Positions 43,640 to 53,975 of a stretch of 64,000 nucleotides of DNA are shown here, piece by piece. The position numbers were made by a program, and so were the translations under genes. The stretch spans positions 413 through 64,412 of the forward strand of contig CACBHX010000001.1 of NCBI GenBank assembly GCA_902539145.1, written 5' to 3'. The notes below the pieces were generated by a model. It worked only from the letters and a program-made list of their open reading frames with translations. It ran no database searches and was not told the DNA's origin. The number at the start of each line of letters is the position of its first letter. Positions within the stretch are counted from its first letter, which is position 1. This stretch comes from an uncultured Pelagibacteraceae bacterium. Its GTDB lineage: Bacteria; Pseudomonadota; Alphaproteobacteria; Pelagibacterales; Pelagibacteraceae.

Positions 43640-44246
43640 TAAGCCTGTTATTGTTTTTGAAGGTATTGAATGTAGTGGAAAATCTCTTCATATTAAAAAT
43701 GTATGTAAATTTTTTAAAAAAAAAAAGATCCCATATATATATTTAAGGGAACCTGGTGGTAGTAAAAATTCAGAGATTATTAGAAAATTAATTCTTAATA
43801 AAAAATCGAATTTTAACCAAAATACTGATTTATTTTTATATTCAGCCTCGAGGAGCGAAAATATACAAAAATTAAAAAAATTTCATAAAAAAAAGATTAT
43901 ACTTATTGATAGATTTATCGATTCCACTATAGCTTATCAACATTTTGGATTTGGTGTTGACTTAAATCTAATTAAAAAAATTCATAGTGTGATTCTAAAT
44001 GATTTTAAAATTGATTTTACTTTTTTAAACATTGTAAATAGCAAAAATATGTTATCAAGATTAAGAAAAAGAAATAAACTGAATAGATATGATAAATTTA
44101 GCAGTAAGTTTTATGAGAAGGTACAAAAAGGTTACTTAAAAATTGTTAGAAATAAAAAAAATAAACACTTAATAGTTGACTCAAATCTAGAATTAAAAAA
44201 AAATAAAGAAATTATAATTAGAAAGATTAATGATCTTATTAAATGA
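43632..44246 (+). CDS. tmk: Thymidylate kinase
   Basis: FEGIECSGKS, REPGG, DRFIDSTIAYQ. Confidence 0.94.
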   Translation: MSNKPVIVFEGIECSGKSLHIKNVCKFFKKKKIPYIYLREPGGSKNSEIIRKLILNKKSNFNQNTDLFLYSASRSENIQKLKKFHKKKIILIDRFIDSTIAYQHFGFGVDLNLIKKIHSVILNDFKIDFTFLNIVNSKNMLSRLRKRNKLNRYDKFSSKFYEKVQKGYLKIVRNKKNKHLIVDSNLELKKNKEIIIRKINDLIK

Positions 44247-45163
44247 AATTAACTCCTTCAAATCAACTAAAATTACTTATTCACGGGGATGTATTAAAAA
44301 ATCTTATTTTTTTATATCAAGAAAACAAACTTCCAAATAAAATTTTGTTAAAAGGACAGAAGGGGATCGGTAAATCCACATTGGCCTATCATTTAATAAA
44401 TTTTGTTCTCTCTAAAAATGAGAATTTTACATATGATATTGATCATTTTAAAATTGATGAAAGAAATAGATCTTTTAAATTAATTAACAATGGATCGAGT
44501 CCAAATTTTTTTTTAATAGATATACAAGCTGATAAAAAGAATATTAATATTGATCAGATTAGAAATATAATACAAGATTTGAATAAATCATCACTTAACA
44601 ACAAACCTAAATTTGTTTTGATAGACAATAGTGAGTATCTCAATAAAAATAGTGTAAACGTTTTATTAAAAGAGATTGAAGAACCGAATGACAATATTTA
44701 TTTTATACTTATTCAAAATCAAAAAAATCTATTATCCACGTTAACCTCTAGATTTATAAAATTTAACATTAATTTAACTTATAAAGAATCTATTTTTGTA
44801 ATAAATAAATTAATTAATAATGACATCCATAATTCAGTTAATAGTGATTTTATCAATTATTACTTTTCTCCAGGTAATGTTTATAGAATGATAGAGTTTT
44901 GTGATGAAAATAATATAGATCTAAAAAATATTGAGTTAAAAGATTTCATTAATATCTTAATTCAAAATAATCATATCAAAAAACAAAAAGACCTAAGATA
45001 TATCTTCTATGAAGTAATAGAGTGTTTGTTAAAAAAGAAATCAATATTATTTAATATGGACTACTATAATTATTTCGTTAATAAAATAGAAAAAATTAAT
45101 AAATTTAACCTTGATGAGGAGTCTTTTTTTATAGAATTTAATGATAAAATTTTGAATGGCTAA
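44243..45163 (+). CDS. holB: DNA polymerase III delta' subunit (divergent)
   Basis: GQKGIGKST, INIDQIR, NVLLKEIEEP, TLTSR; tmk-holB-metG order. Confidence 0.85.
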   Translation: MKLTPSNQLKLLIHGDVLKNLIFLYQENKLPNKILLKGQKGIGKSTLAYHLINFVLSKNENFTYDIDHFKIDERNRSFKLINNGSSPNFFLIDIQADKKNINIDQIRNIIQDLNKSSLNNKPKFVLIDNSEYLNKNSVNVLLKEIEEPNDNIYFILIQNQKNLLSTLTSRFIKFNINLTYKESIFVINKLINNDIHNSVNSDFINYYFSPGNVYRMIEFCDENNIDLKNIELKDFINILIQNNHIKKQKDLRYIFYEVIECLLKKKSILFNMDYYNYFVNKIEKINKFNLDEESFFIEFNDKILNG

Positions 45164-46697
45164 AAATTTTTATATTACCACCCCAATTTATTATCCGTCT
45201 GCAAAACCTCATATGGGTCATGCTTATTCAAGTATAATAGCAGATTTTTTTGCTAGATTTAAAAGGATGGACGGCTTTAATGTTCATTTTCTTACTGGTA
45301 CTGATGAACACGGATTAAAAATACAAAGAGCGGCTGAAAAAAAAGGAGTTAAAACTTTAGAATTTTGTGATGAATTAAGCAAAACATTCAAAGATTTATC
45401 AAAAACTTTAAATCTAACAAATAACGATTTTATAAGAACAACAGAAGATCGTCATAAAAAATCAGTTCAATATTTATGGAATGAATTAAAAAAAAATGGA
45501 GATATTTATTTATCAAAGTATTCGGGTTGGTATTCAGTTTCTGATGAAGCTTTTTATAACGACGATGAAATTGAAGATTTAGATAATAAAAAAGTAGCGA
45601 TTTCATCTAAATCTTTAGTTGAATGGGTCGATGAGGAATCCTATTTTTTTAAACTTTCAAAATGGGAAAAACCATTATTAAAATTCTATAAAGATAATCC
45701 AGATTTTATATCCCCCAAATCTCGTAAAAATGAAGTAATCAGTTTTGTTAAAAGTGGTTTGAAAGATTTATCTGTAAGTAGAAAAAGTTTTTCTTGGGGT
45801 ATAAAAGTACCTCATGACGATAATCATGTGATTTATGTATGGTTAGATGCTCTTACAAATTATATGAGTGCATTAAATTATCCTCAGGTAGACGATGAAT
45901 TATTCAAAAAATTTTGGCCAGCAAGTATACATTTAATTGGTAAAGATATACTAAGATTTCATGCAATCTATTGGCCAGCTTTTTTACTTGCAGCCAAAAT
46001 AACTCCGCCAAAAAAAGTATTTGGTCATGGATGGATACTTTCTAACGAGGAAAAAATGTCAAAATCAAAAGGAAATATTTTAGATCCAATTGAAATTATA
46101 GATCAATATGGTCTAGACCCGTTAAGATACTATCTTATAAAAGAAGTTTCTTTTGGAAACGATGGTAATATATCGCAAGATAAATTAGAGGATTGTATAA
46201 ATAGCGATTTGGCTAATAATTTTGGTAATTTATGTCAACGTGTTATTTCTTTCACAATTAAAAATTGTTCAGGTAAAATTCCAGAAAAAATTAATTTTGA
46301 AAAAGACGACTTAGATATTTTAAATAAATATAAAGAAAATCTTAGTAAAATTAGACTTGAAATCGATAATCAAAATATCAATTTTTACATTGACTACATA
46401 ATTAATTCTTTATTTGAAGCAAATAAATATTTTAATGACCAAGAGCCGTGGAAAAAAAAAGACAACCCTTTAAGATTGAATACAATTGTATATTCTACAC
46501 TTGAGATCGTAAGAAAAGTAAGTTTCTTGCTTTATCCAATTATACCTCAATCATCTTTAAAAGCTTTAAAGATTTTTAACTTAACTGAAAAAGATATTGA
46601 TTTTACATCGATAGGAGATAATACTTTTTTAAAACAAGGAAATTCAATTAATAAGATAAATATTCTTTTTAATAAAATAGAAAAAAAAAATGATTGA
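45156..46697 (+). CDS. metG: Methionine-tRNA ligase (short form)
   Basis: PHMGH, GTDEHG, YVWLDAL, KMSKS. Confidence 0.97.
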   Translation: MAKNFYITTPIYYPSAKPHMGHAYSSIIADFFARFKRMDGFNVHFLTGTDEHGLKIQRAAEKKGVKTLEFCDELSKTFKDLSKTLNLTNNDFIRTTEDRHKKSVQYLWNELKKNGDIYLSKYSGWYSVSDEAFYNDDEIEDLDNKKVAISSKSLVEWVDEESYFFKLSKWEKPLLKFYKDNPDFISPKSRKNEVISFVKSGLKDLSVSRKSFSWGIKVPHDDNHVIYVWLDALTNYMSALNYPQVDDELFKKFWPASIHLIGKDILRFHAIYWPAFLLAAKITPPKKVFGHGWILSNEEKMSKSKGNILDPIEIIDQYGLDPLRYYLIKEVSFGNDGNISQDKLEDCINSDLANNFGNLCQRVISFTIKNCSGKIPEKINFEKDDLDILNKYKENLSKIRLEIDNQNINFYIDYIINSLFEANKYFNDQEPWKKKDNPLRLNTIVYSTLEIVRKVSFLLYPIIPQSSLKALKIFNLTEKDIDFTSIGDNTFLKQGNSINKINILFNKIEKKND

Positions 46698-47451
46698 CTC
46701 ACATTGCCATTTAGACCATGAGCCTTTATTAAGTAACTTGGATCGTATTATTCAAAGATCAAAAGATGTTGGTATTGAAAAGATACTAACAATATCAACA
46801 TCTATAGAGAGTTTTTCAAGGGTTAAAGAAATAGTAAAAAGAGATGATATAATTTATGGTTCTATTGGAATTCATCCTCATGAAGCAGATAAAAATATCG
46901 TCGACTGTGAATTTTTTAATAAAAATTTAAGTGAAAATAAGAAAATTATTGGTATAGGTGAAACAGGTCTTGATTATTATTATGATAACTCTGATAGAAA
47001 AAAACAAATTGAAAGTTTTAAGATTCACATAAACGCAGCTATAGAAAATAATCTTCCGTTGATTGTTCATTCTAGAAATGCAGAAGAAAATACCTTCGAT
47101 ATTTTAAATGAATATAAAGATACAGAACTTAAGATCTTAATGCACTGTTTTACTGGTTCACAAAAATTTGCGGAAGATTTACTCAATCTAAATACGTATT
47201 TTTCAGCAAGCGGTATTATAACTTTTAAAAATTCTAAAGAATTACAAAAAACATTTAAATTTTTACCTTTAGATAGAATTTTAATTGAAACAGATAGTCC
47301 GTTTTTAGCCCCAGTTCCTAATCGAGGAAAAAAAAATGAACCCTCTTTTATTGATTTTACCTCAAAAAAACTTGCAGAAATTAAAGATATTGAAAAAACA
47401 AAACTTGACAAAATAACTACTGAAAATTTTGATAATCTTTTTTTTAAATAG
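46690..47451 (+). CDS. tatD: TatD family deoxyribonuclease
   Basis: DSHCH, GIHPH, GETGLD, HCF, ETDSP. Confidence 0.93.
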   Translation: MIDSHCHLDHEPLLSNLDRIIQRSKDVGIEKILTISTSIESFSRVKEIVKRDDIIYGSIGIHPHEADKNIVDCEFFNKNLSENKKIIGIGETGLDYYYDNSDRKKQIESFKIHINAAIENNLPLIVHSRNAEENTFDILNEYKDTELKILMHCFTGSQKFAEDLLNLNTYFSASGIITFKNSKELQKTFKFLPLDRILIETDSPFLAPVPNRGKKNEPSFIDFTSKKLAEIKDIEKTKLDKITTENFDNLFFK

Positions 47452-47457
47452 TTTAAT

Positions 47458-48228
47458 ATGAAGTTTATTATACTTGGATGCGGTAGTTCTATGGGTGTTC
47501 CCAGACCCGATGGCTTTTTTGGGAATTGTGATCCAAAAAATGAAAAAAACTACAGGACAAGATGTTCTGCTTTATTAAAAACCTCAAACGAGAATATTTT
47601 ATTTGATACATCCCCTGATTTACGTCAACAGTTGTTAAGACATAATATTAAGAAAATTGATAAAGTGTTTTATTCTCATATGCATGGAGATCAAACGCAC
47701 GGTATTAATGATTTAAGACCTTTCTATCTTAGCAGTAAAAAACAGATAAACGTTTATGCAGACCAGATTACTTCAAAATACTTAAAAAAAAGTTTTTCAT
47801 ATATATTTAACAGTTACTCGAAAGAATATCCTGCTACTCTTAAGTTAAATAAACTAACAAAGAATTTTTTTACAAGAAGTAATAACAAAAAAATTAATAT
47901 TAGATCAATAATTGTTGATCATGGTAATGTAAAATCAAATTGTTTTATAATTGATAAGAAGATAGCTTACATTAGCGATGTTAGTAAAATTTATGAAAAA
48001 GATTATAAATATTTTCGTAAATTAAAATATATTGTTATTGATTGTTTATGGTATAATTATCATCCATCCCATTTTAATTTAGAAAAATCATTATTCATGG
48101 TTAAAGAATTTAAACCAATGAAGGCTATTTTAACAAATCTGTCTCCTGTTTTAGATTATGGTGAGCTTAAAAAGATTTTACCTAAAAATGTTATTCCTGC
48201 TCACGATGGTCTTATGTTGAAATTATAG
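47458..48228 (+). CDS. PhnP-like metallo-beta-lactamase hydrolase
   Basis: GCGSS.GVP, SHMHGDQTHG, SHF. Confidence 0.88.
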   Translation: MKFIILGCGSSMGVPRPDGFFGNCDPKNEKNYRTRCSALLKTSNENILFDTSPDLRQQLLRHNIKKIDKVFYSHMHGDQTHGINDLRPFYLSSKKQINVYADQITSKYLKKSFSYIFNSYSKEYPATLKLNKLTKNFFTRSNNKKINIRSIIVDHGNVKSNCFIIDKKIAYISDVSKIYEKDYKYFRKLKYIVIDCLWYNYHPSHFNLEKSLFMVKEFKPMKAILTNLSPVLDYGELKKILPKNVIPAHDGLMLKL

Positions 48229-48768
48229 AATACTTTCTATTTTCGTTATTATCTTATTTGACAGTGGTTTAGTAAAAGATGAATAAGTATTTTCAACTTT
48301 ACCTTCTTTATTTATTAAAATCTTATGGAAATTCCATTTTGGAATAGCTGATTTACCATAATTATCGGCGGCCCATTTAAATAATTCGTGCGCATTTTGC
48401 CCTTTAACCTCTGTTATACTTGATAATGGAAAACTGATATTAAAATTAACTTCACAAAATTTCTTTACATCTTCATCATTTCCCTTTTCCTGATTGAATG
48501 AATTAGAGGGCACACCCAATACAATAAAACCCTTGGACTTATATTGATCCCAAAGTTCTTGTAATTCACTATACTGTTTTGTAAAACCACAATAGCTTGC
48601 TGTATTTACAATTAAGACAACTTTATTTCTATATTTATCAAAATTAATAATCTCACCTGAAATACTTTCTATTTTAAAATCATAAAAAACTTTTTCATAA
48701 TTCCCTGCAGATGAGTTTTTAAAAAAAAACATAAATATTGTTAAAGCTACTAATAATCTTATTTTCAT
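48223..48768 (-). CDS. Glutathione peroxidase family protein (Cys type, signal peptide)
   Basis: NTASYCGFT, PSNSF.QE, KWNFHK. Confidence 0.92.
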   Translation of the reverse strand: MKIRLLVALTIFMFFFKNSSAGNYEKVFYDFKIESISGEIINFDKYRNKVVLIVNTASYCGFTKQYSELQELWDQYKSKGFIVLGVPSNSFNQEKGNDEDVKKFCEVNFNISFPLSSITEVKGQNAHELFKWAADNYGKSAIPKWNFHKILINKEGKVENTYSSFTKPLSNKIITKIESIL

Positions 48769-49937
48769 TTATTGGGTGTAAGTAATATTAAAAAATAACC
48801 AAATAAAGTGGATAAAAGTGACCCAGTTAAAACACCTATTTTTACACCATCCATATATTGCATATTTTCTACAAAAGCTAAATTTCCAACAAATAAACTC
48901 ATTGTAAAACCTATTCCTGTTAATACTCCAACACCATAAAAATTATACCAGTTGGAGTTATTTGGCATTTGCGCTATTTTTGTTTTAATAGCTACATAAG
49001 AAAAAACAAAGACCCCAAGTTGTTTTCCAACAAATAACCCTAATAATATTCCAAGAGGAACTTTGTTTAGTAATGAGGTTATGGATAAACCCTCTAGCGA
49101 AACACCAGCATTTGCAAAAGCAAATAAAGGCATTATGCCAAAAGCTACATAGGGACTAATTGCATGCTCAACTTTGATTAATAAAGAAAAATCTTTTTCT
49201 TTTTTTCTATGAGGTATAGTCATTGCTAATAATACTCCTGCGATTGTTGCGTGTATTCCAGAATTATGAGTAAAATCCCAAAGAAAAATTCCTATTATCA
49301 AGTACGGTAAAAACTTTTTGATATTAAATTTATTTATAATTAATAAAACCAAAAAAGCTAAAAGCATTAAGCTTAAGTATTTAATACTCAGGTCTCCAGA
49401 GTAAAATAAAGCAATAATCACTATTGCACCTAAATCATCAATTATAGCAAGAGCTGTCAAAAAAACTTTTAATGACAATGGAACTCTTTTTCCCAATAAA
49501 GAGAGAACACCTAAAGAAAAAGCTATATCTGTGGCCGAAGGAATAGCCCAACCATTGAGAGTTTCACTGTCACCAAAATTTATAAAAACATAAAATAGCG
49601 CAGGAACAAGCATTCCTCCGACTGCAGCAATAATGGGAAGTAAAGCTTGCTTGATGTTAGAAAGCTCTCCTTGTAAAAATTCTCTCTTTATTTCTAAAGT
49701 AACAAAAAAAAAGAATATTGCCATTAAAGCATCGTTGATCCAATGTAAAACACTCAATTTAATTCCAAAATTGTTTATTCCTAAAAAAAGATATTTGTCT
49801 AAAGTAGAAAAGTATATTTCTGATAAATTTGAATTACTTATAAATAAGGCAATTATAGCAGCAAATAACAAAACCAAACCACTAGCTGCCTCTAATTTAA
49901 AAAACCATTTAAAAGGTTTAGAAATATAATTAATCAT
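48765..49937 (-). CDS. nhaA: Na+/H+ antiporter NhaA
   Basis: WINDALM, ATDIAF, LAIIDD, GIGFTMS. Confidence 0.97.
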   Translation of the reverse strand: MINYISKPFKWFFKLEAASGLVLLFAAIIALFISNSNLSEIYFSTLDKYLFLGINNFGIKLSVLHWINDALMAIFFFFVTLEIKREFLQGELSNIKQALLPIIAAVGGMLVPALFYVFINFGDSETLNGWAIPSATDIAFSLGVLSLLGKRVPLSLKVFLTALAIIDDLGAIVIIALFYSGDLSIKYLSLMLLAFLVLLIINKFNIKKFLPYLIIGIFLWDFTHNSGIHATIAGVLLAMTIPHRKKEKDFSLLIKVEHAISPYVAFGIMPLFAFANAGVSLEGLSITSLLNKVPLGILLGLFVGKQLGVFVFSYVAIKTKIAQMPNNSNWYNFYGVGVLTGIGFTMSLFVGNLAFVENMQYMDGVKIGVLTGSLLSTLFGYFLILLTPNK

Positions 49938-49938
49938 T

Positions 49939-50412
49939 TTATTTAAGTAAATCTTTTGTAAAAAGATATATATCTATTAAAGTTTCATAAAAATTAAATA
50001 AAATTAATTCAAGATTTGGAAAAACGGTAGATAATAAAGCTTGAAATGTATCTAAAAAAATTATTAGTGCGACAAATGATAATATTAATACAATAAAATA
50101 ACCTACAAGGTTAGACAAACTTAATTTGGTTTTTTTCTCATATTTAACTAAAGCTTTATCTTTTCTATTCTCGCTATTTTTCTTTTTATTAACACGTATT
50201 TCTTTTTTTATATCATTTTTAATTTCACTACTATCACCATTATTAATTACTTCTTTTATCGTATCTTCATTTTTTGGGCTTAAAATATCTTGTTTTAACT
50301 TATAAAACCAAACATTTGAACATGATCCACATTGTAAATTACGACCCTCTTTAGGTATTAAATTCCCATCAATTTCAAATTTTTTTTTACAAGAGGGGCA
50401 CGTAATTATCAT
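49939..50412 (-). CDS. MJ0042-type zinc-ribbon membrane protein
   Basis: CPSC...CGSC at N-terminus, C-terminal TM. Confidence 0.85.
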   Translation of the reverse strand: MIITCPSCKKKFEIDGNLIPKEGRNLQCGSCSNVWFYKLKQDILSPKNEDTIKEVINNGDSSEIKNDIKKEIRVNKKKNSENRKDKALVKYEKKTKLSLSNLVGYFIVLILSFVALIIFLDTFQALLSTVFPNLELILFNFYETLIDIYLFTKDLLK

Positions 50413-50505
50413 GTATATTTATATATCAGATTTTTATTAAAATTCTTCAAATTTGGGAGCTTTATACATTGAAAATATCGATAACTTCTGTATTAGTACA
50501 ACACT

Positions 50506-50582
<77 letters not shown>

Positions 50583-50589
50583 CTAAATT

Positions 50590-51336
50590 ATGCTTTCTTT
50601 TTTTAATAAGAATAAAAAAATAAACAATAGTAGGTTAAAAATACTATCTGGTTATAACTTTAGATATAGAAGTGTTGGCAAACATTCTGAAAAAAACATT
50701 ATTAAATATGCTAATCATTTCAAATTTGATTACGAGATACATAAATCTAATAAATTCGAAAGACATTTTTATTGGCTTAAAATTAAGATGTTAATAGACA
50801 ATTTAGAAAGTGGTAAACATGAATTTTATTTTTGGTTAGATGCAGACACTTTTTTTTGTAGATATGAGAATATACTAAATCATGTTGATCAATCAAAACA
50901 TATTTTTATTCATAAAAATTTCTTGCTCTCAAAACACAAAACAAAATATCCAAATGTTTCATATCTTACTGAAGGTGTTAATGTTGGCGTGTTAATGGTA
51001 AGAAATACAAAATGGTCATTGAATTTTTTAAAAAATGTTTGGAAAAAAAAAAAATATTTATCACATTATTGGCCAGATAATGCTGCTTTTATGGATGAAT
51101 TAGGATATAAAGCAGAATTTTCAAAAATAAGTAACAATACCCCAACTAAAAGTATTTTAAATAAGTGTTATTTTTTATCTGGTCAATGGAACAGTATGCC
51201 TAAAAGAAACTATGAAAACCCTAAAAGCGACGAATTTTCAAATTTCTATTTTGATCCAATTATAATACATTTGGCCGGTATAAGAAGAAGAGACAGATTA
51301 AAGTTTTTGAAAAAGTATAAACATTTACTAATATAA
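50590..51336 (+). CDS. GT34-like (GMA12/MNN10) glycosyltransferase
   Basis: WLKI, FWLDAD, NVGVLMVRNTKWS..FL, IIHLAG. Confidence 0.75.
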   Translation: MLSFFNKNKKINNSRLKILSGYNFRYRSVGKHSEKNIIKYANHFKFDYEIHKSNKFERHFYWLKIKMLIDNLESGKHEFYFWLDADTFFCRYENILNHVDQSKHIFIHKNFLLSKHKTKYPNVSYLTEGVNVGVLMVRNTKWSLNFLKNVWKKKKYLSHYWPDNAAFMDELGYKAEFSKISNNTPTKSILNKCYFLSGQWNSMPKRNYENPKSDEFSNFYFDPIIIHLAGIRRRDRLKFLKKYKHLLI

Positions 51337-51345
51337 GTCTTATTA

Positions 51346-51627
51346 ATGAAAAAAGCAAAAATCTATATACCCAATAAAAATCCAATGCAATCTGGTTTAG
51401 GTAAAATAAACAAATGGATATTAGAATTTGATACAAAAGATCCTACAAAAAATCCTTTGATGGGCTGGGAAAGTTCATCTGATACAATGGGTGAGTTAAA
51501 ATTAGAATTTTCATCAAAAATAAGTGCAATAAATTATGCAGAAAGAAAAAAGATTGATTACGAAATAATTGAACCGAAGAAAAGAAAAATTGTTAAAAAA
51601 TCTTACGCAGAAAATTTTTTAAAATAA
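51346..51627 (+). CDS. ETC complex I accessory subunit (NDUFS4-like)
   Basis: MQSG, NPLMGW.SSSD, KSYAENF. Confidence 0.92.
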   Translation: MKKAKIYIPNKNPMQSGLGKINKWILEFDTKDPTKNPLMGWESSSDTMGELKLEFSSKISAINYAERKKIDYEIIEPKKRKIVKKSYAENFLK

Positions 51628-52620
51628 ATGTTTAAATTTTTTAGTCAAAAAAAGTGGTTTCCTTGGAGTATCGGAGGTACAATATTAATTCTGCTTGCTA
51701 CCTGGTACCAAGTTCAATTAGATGTAAGAATTAATGAATGGTTTGGAGAGTTTTATGACACTTTACAAAAAGCTTTAACAGAACCTAATTCAGTTTCAGA
51801 AAAAGAATTTATAAGTTACCTTTTCACCTTTGCTAAAATCGCTGCCATCTATATTCTCGTTGTCATCTTTAGTGATTATTTCACAAGTCACTGGACATTT
51901 AGATGGAGAACAGCCATGGCTGATTTTTATCATGATAAATGGGATGATGCTTCATCTATAGAGGGTGCTTCTCAAAGGGTTCAGGAAGACACTCTCAAAT
52001 TTGCCCGAATTATGGAAGGTTTAGGTGCTGAACTGTTAAGAAGCTTGATGACTCTAATAGCATTTACACCAATTTTATGGGGCCTGTCTAAAAGCATTAC
52101 TGTTTTGCCTTGGATTGGTGAGGTTGAACACGCCTTAGTTTGGGTTGCTATTCTTTCAGCGTTAGGTGGCACAATTATTTTAGCAAGTGTTGGAATAAAA
52201 TTACCTGGGATAGAATATGATATACAAAAAGAAGAAGCCGCATATAGAAAAGAACTTGTTTTAGGAGAAGATTTTAAAGAAAGCGCTAAACCAGAGAAGA
52301 TAACAGACCTATATGGGGGTGTAAGAAAAATCCATTATAAGATGTATTTTCATTACCTTTATTTTAACGCTGTAAAATGGAGTTACCTACAAGGAATGGT
52401 GATTGTTCCCTATTTAGCATTAGCACCTACAATAGTTACAGGTGCTATAACGCTTGGTTTTGTTCAGCAAATTATAAGAGCTTTTGGAAGAGTTGAAACT
52501 TCACTTCAATATTTAGTTAGAAGTTGGCCAATTATTGTTGAGTTAATTTCAGTTTGGAAAAGGTTAAGAGAATTTGAGGCAAGATTAGAAAAAAATCCAT
52601 CTTTTGAGGCTATAAAATAA
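51628..52620 (+). CDS. SbmA/BacA-like peptide transporter
   Basis: FRWRTAM, IEGASQRVQEDT, EAAYRKELV, ELISVWKRL. Confidence 0.88.
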   Translation: MFKFFSQKKWFPWSIGGTILILLATWYQVQLDVRINEWFGEFYDTLQKALTEPNSVSEKEFISYLFTFAKIAAIYILVVIFSDYFTSHWTFRWRTAMADFYHDKWDDASSIEGASQRVQEDTLKFARIMEGLGAELLRSLMTLIAFTPILWGLSKSITVLPWIGEVEHALVWVAILSALGGTIILASVGIKLPGIEYDIQKEEAAYRKELVLGEDFKESAKPEKITDLYGGVRKIHYKMYFHYLYFNAVKWSYLQGMVIVPYLALAPTIVTGAITLGFVQQIIRAFGRVETSLQYLVRSWPIIVELISVWKRLREFEARLEKNPSFEAIK

Positions 52621-53561
52621 TGCTAATAGATAAAAAATTTGAAAATTTATTTGCAAATGTAACCAGTCGTGCTGCATTGTCTTCATATTTTTTGATTGGA
52701 AAAAATGATAAGATTGCAGCTGACAAAGCTGCTGTAGATTCTATGAGGAATGAATTAAATAAAATCGAAATGGATGGAAAAATCGTGATAGGCGAGGGTG
52801 AGCTCGATGAGGCACCTATGCTTTATATAGGAGAGAATATCGGAACAAAAAATGGGCCTAAATTAGATATTGCTGTTGACCCTTTGGAAGGTACTAATTT
52901 TGTTGCTAATAATCAACCAGGCGCTCTATCAGTAATAGCTGTTGCAAGTAAAGAAAATTTATTTGGTGCACCTGAAAGTTATATGAGCAAAATTTCTGCA
53001 AAATGTTCTGAATCAAATGTAATTGATTTAGATTTTACTGTAAAAAAAAATATCTATAATCTAGCTGAATTTCAAAATAAAAAACCAGAAAATTTAACCG
53101 CATGTATTCTAGATAGACCTAGGCATAAAGAAATTATTGATGAATTAAAAAAATTAAACGTTAAGTTAAAATTAATATCTGATGGAGACGTATCTGGTGC
53201 CCTTATGATTATAGATAAAAAGTATTCAGTGGATATATTTCTTGGTATTGGGGGAGGACCAGAGGGTGTTTTGGCTGCTGCAGCCCTTGATGCTTATAAT
53301 TGTCATTTTCAGGGCAGATTTTTATTTAACACCGACAAAGAAAAAAAACGCGCTAAAAAAATGGGTATAGTAGATTTAGAAAAAAAATATGAATTAAATG
53401 AAATAATTTCTGGTGATTCTATTTTCTGTGCCACTGGAATAACTAGTGGAGATCTTGTTTCTGGAATTAAAATAAAGGATGATAAGTTTACCTCCGAGAC
53501 TCTAATCACTCATAAATCCTCTGGTTTAAAAAAAATTATAAAAACCGAACAATTTATTTAG
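52620..53561 (+). CDS. glpX: Fructose-1,6-bisphosphatase class II
   Basis: VIGEGELDEAPML, DPLEGT, DRPRH, DGDV, GGGPEG. Confidence 0.95.
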   Translation: MLIDKKFENLFANVTSRAALSSYFLIGKNDKIAADKAAVDSMRNELNKIEMDGKIVIGEGELDEAPMLYIGENIGTKNGPKLDIAVDPLEGTNFVANNQPGALSVIAVASKENLFGAPESYMSKISAKCSESNVIDLDFTVKKNIYNLAEFQNKKPENLTACILDRPRHKEIIDELKKLNVKLKLISDGDVSGALMIIDKKYSVDIFLGIGGGPEGVLAAAALDAYNCHFQGRFLFNTDKEKKRAKKMGIVDLEKKYELNEIISGDSIFCATGITSGDLVSGIKIKDDKFTSETLITHKSSGLKKIIKTEQFI

Positions 53562-53620
53562 TGATTGTATATTTTAAAGACTTGATAAATAACTTTTTAT
53601 GCAATAAAAAACAGCTTTTT

Positions 53621-53695
53621 GGTCCCTTCGTCTATCGGTTAGGACACGTGGTTTTCATCCTCGAAAGAGGGGTTCGATTCCCCTAGGGACCGCCA
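53621..53695 (+). tRNA. tRNA-Glu(TTC)
   Basis: GGTCCCT/AGGGACC acceptor, loop TTTTCAT, GGTTCGATT, CCA. Confidence 0.93.
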
Positions 53696-53711
53696 ATATC
53701 ATATATAATTA

Positions 53712-53975
53712 ATGATATATTATGTCTATCTTATAAAAACCACAAAAGGATTTAAAAATAAGTCTTATGTTGGATTTACAAATAATATAAAAAGTAGATT
53801 AACTAAACATAATACTAATAAAGGAGCAAAAGCTACTAAGGGTTATAAATGGGAACTTGTTTTCAAAAAAACTTTCTATAATAAATCTAAAGCTCTTTCA
53901 TTCGAATATGAATTAAAAAAAGATAGATTAAAAAGATTTGAACTAATAAATGTCTTTAATAAAAAAAAACATTAA
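53712..53975 (+). CDS. Stand-alone GIY-YIG nuclease family protein
   Basis: YVY...YVG.T...R...HN..KGAK.T. Confidence 0.88.
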   Translation: MIYYVYLIKTTKGFKNKSYVGFTNNIKSRLTKHNTNKGAKATKGYKWELVFKKTFYNKSKALSFEYELKKDRLKRFELINVFNKKKH

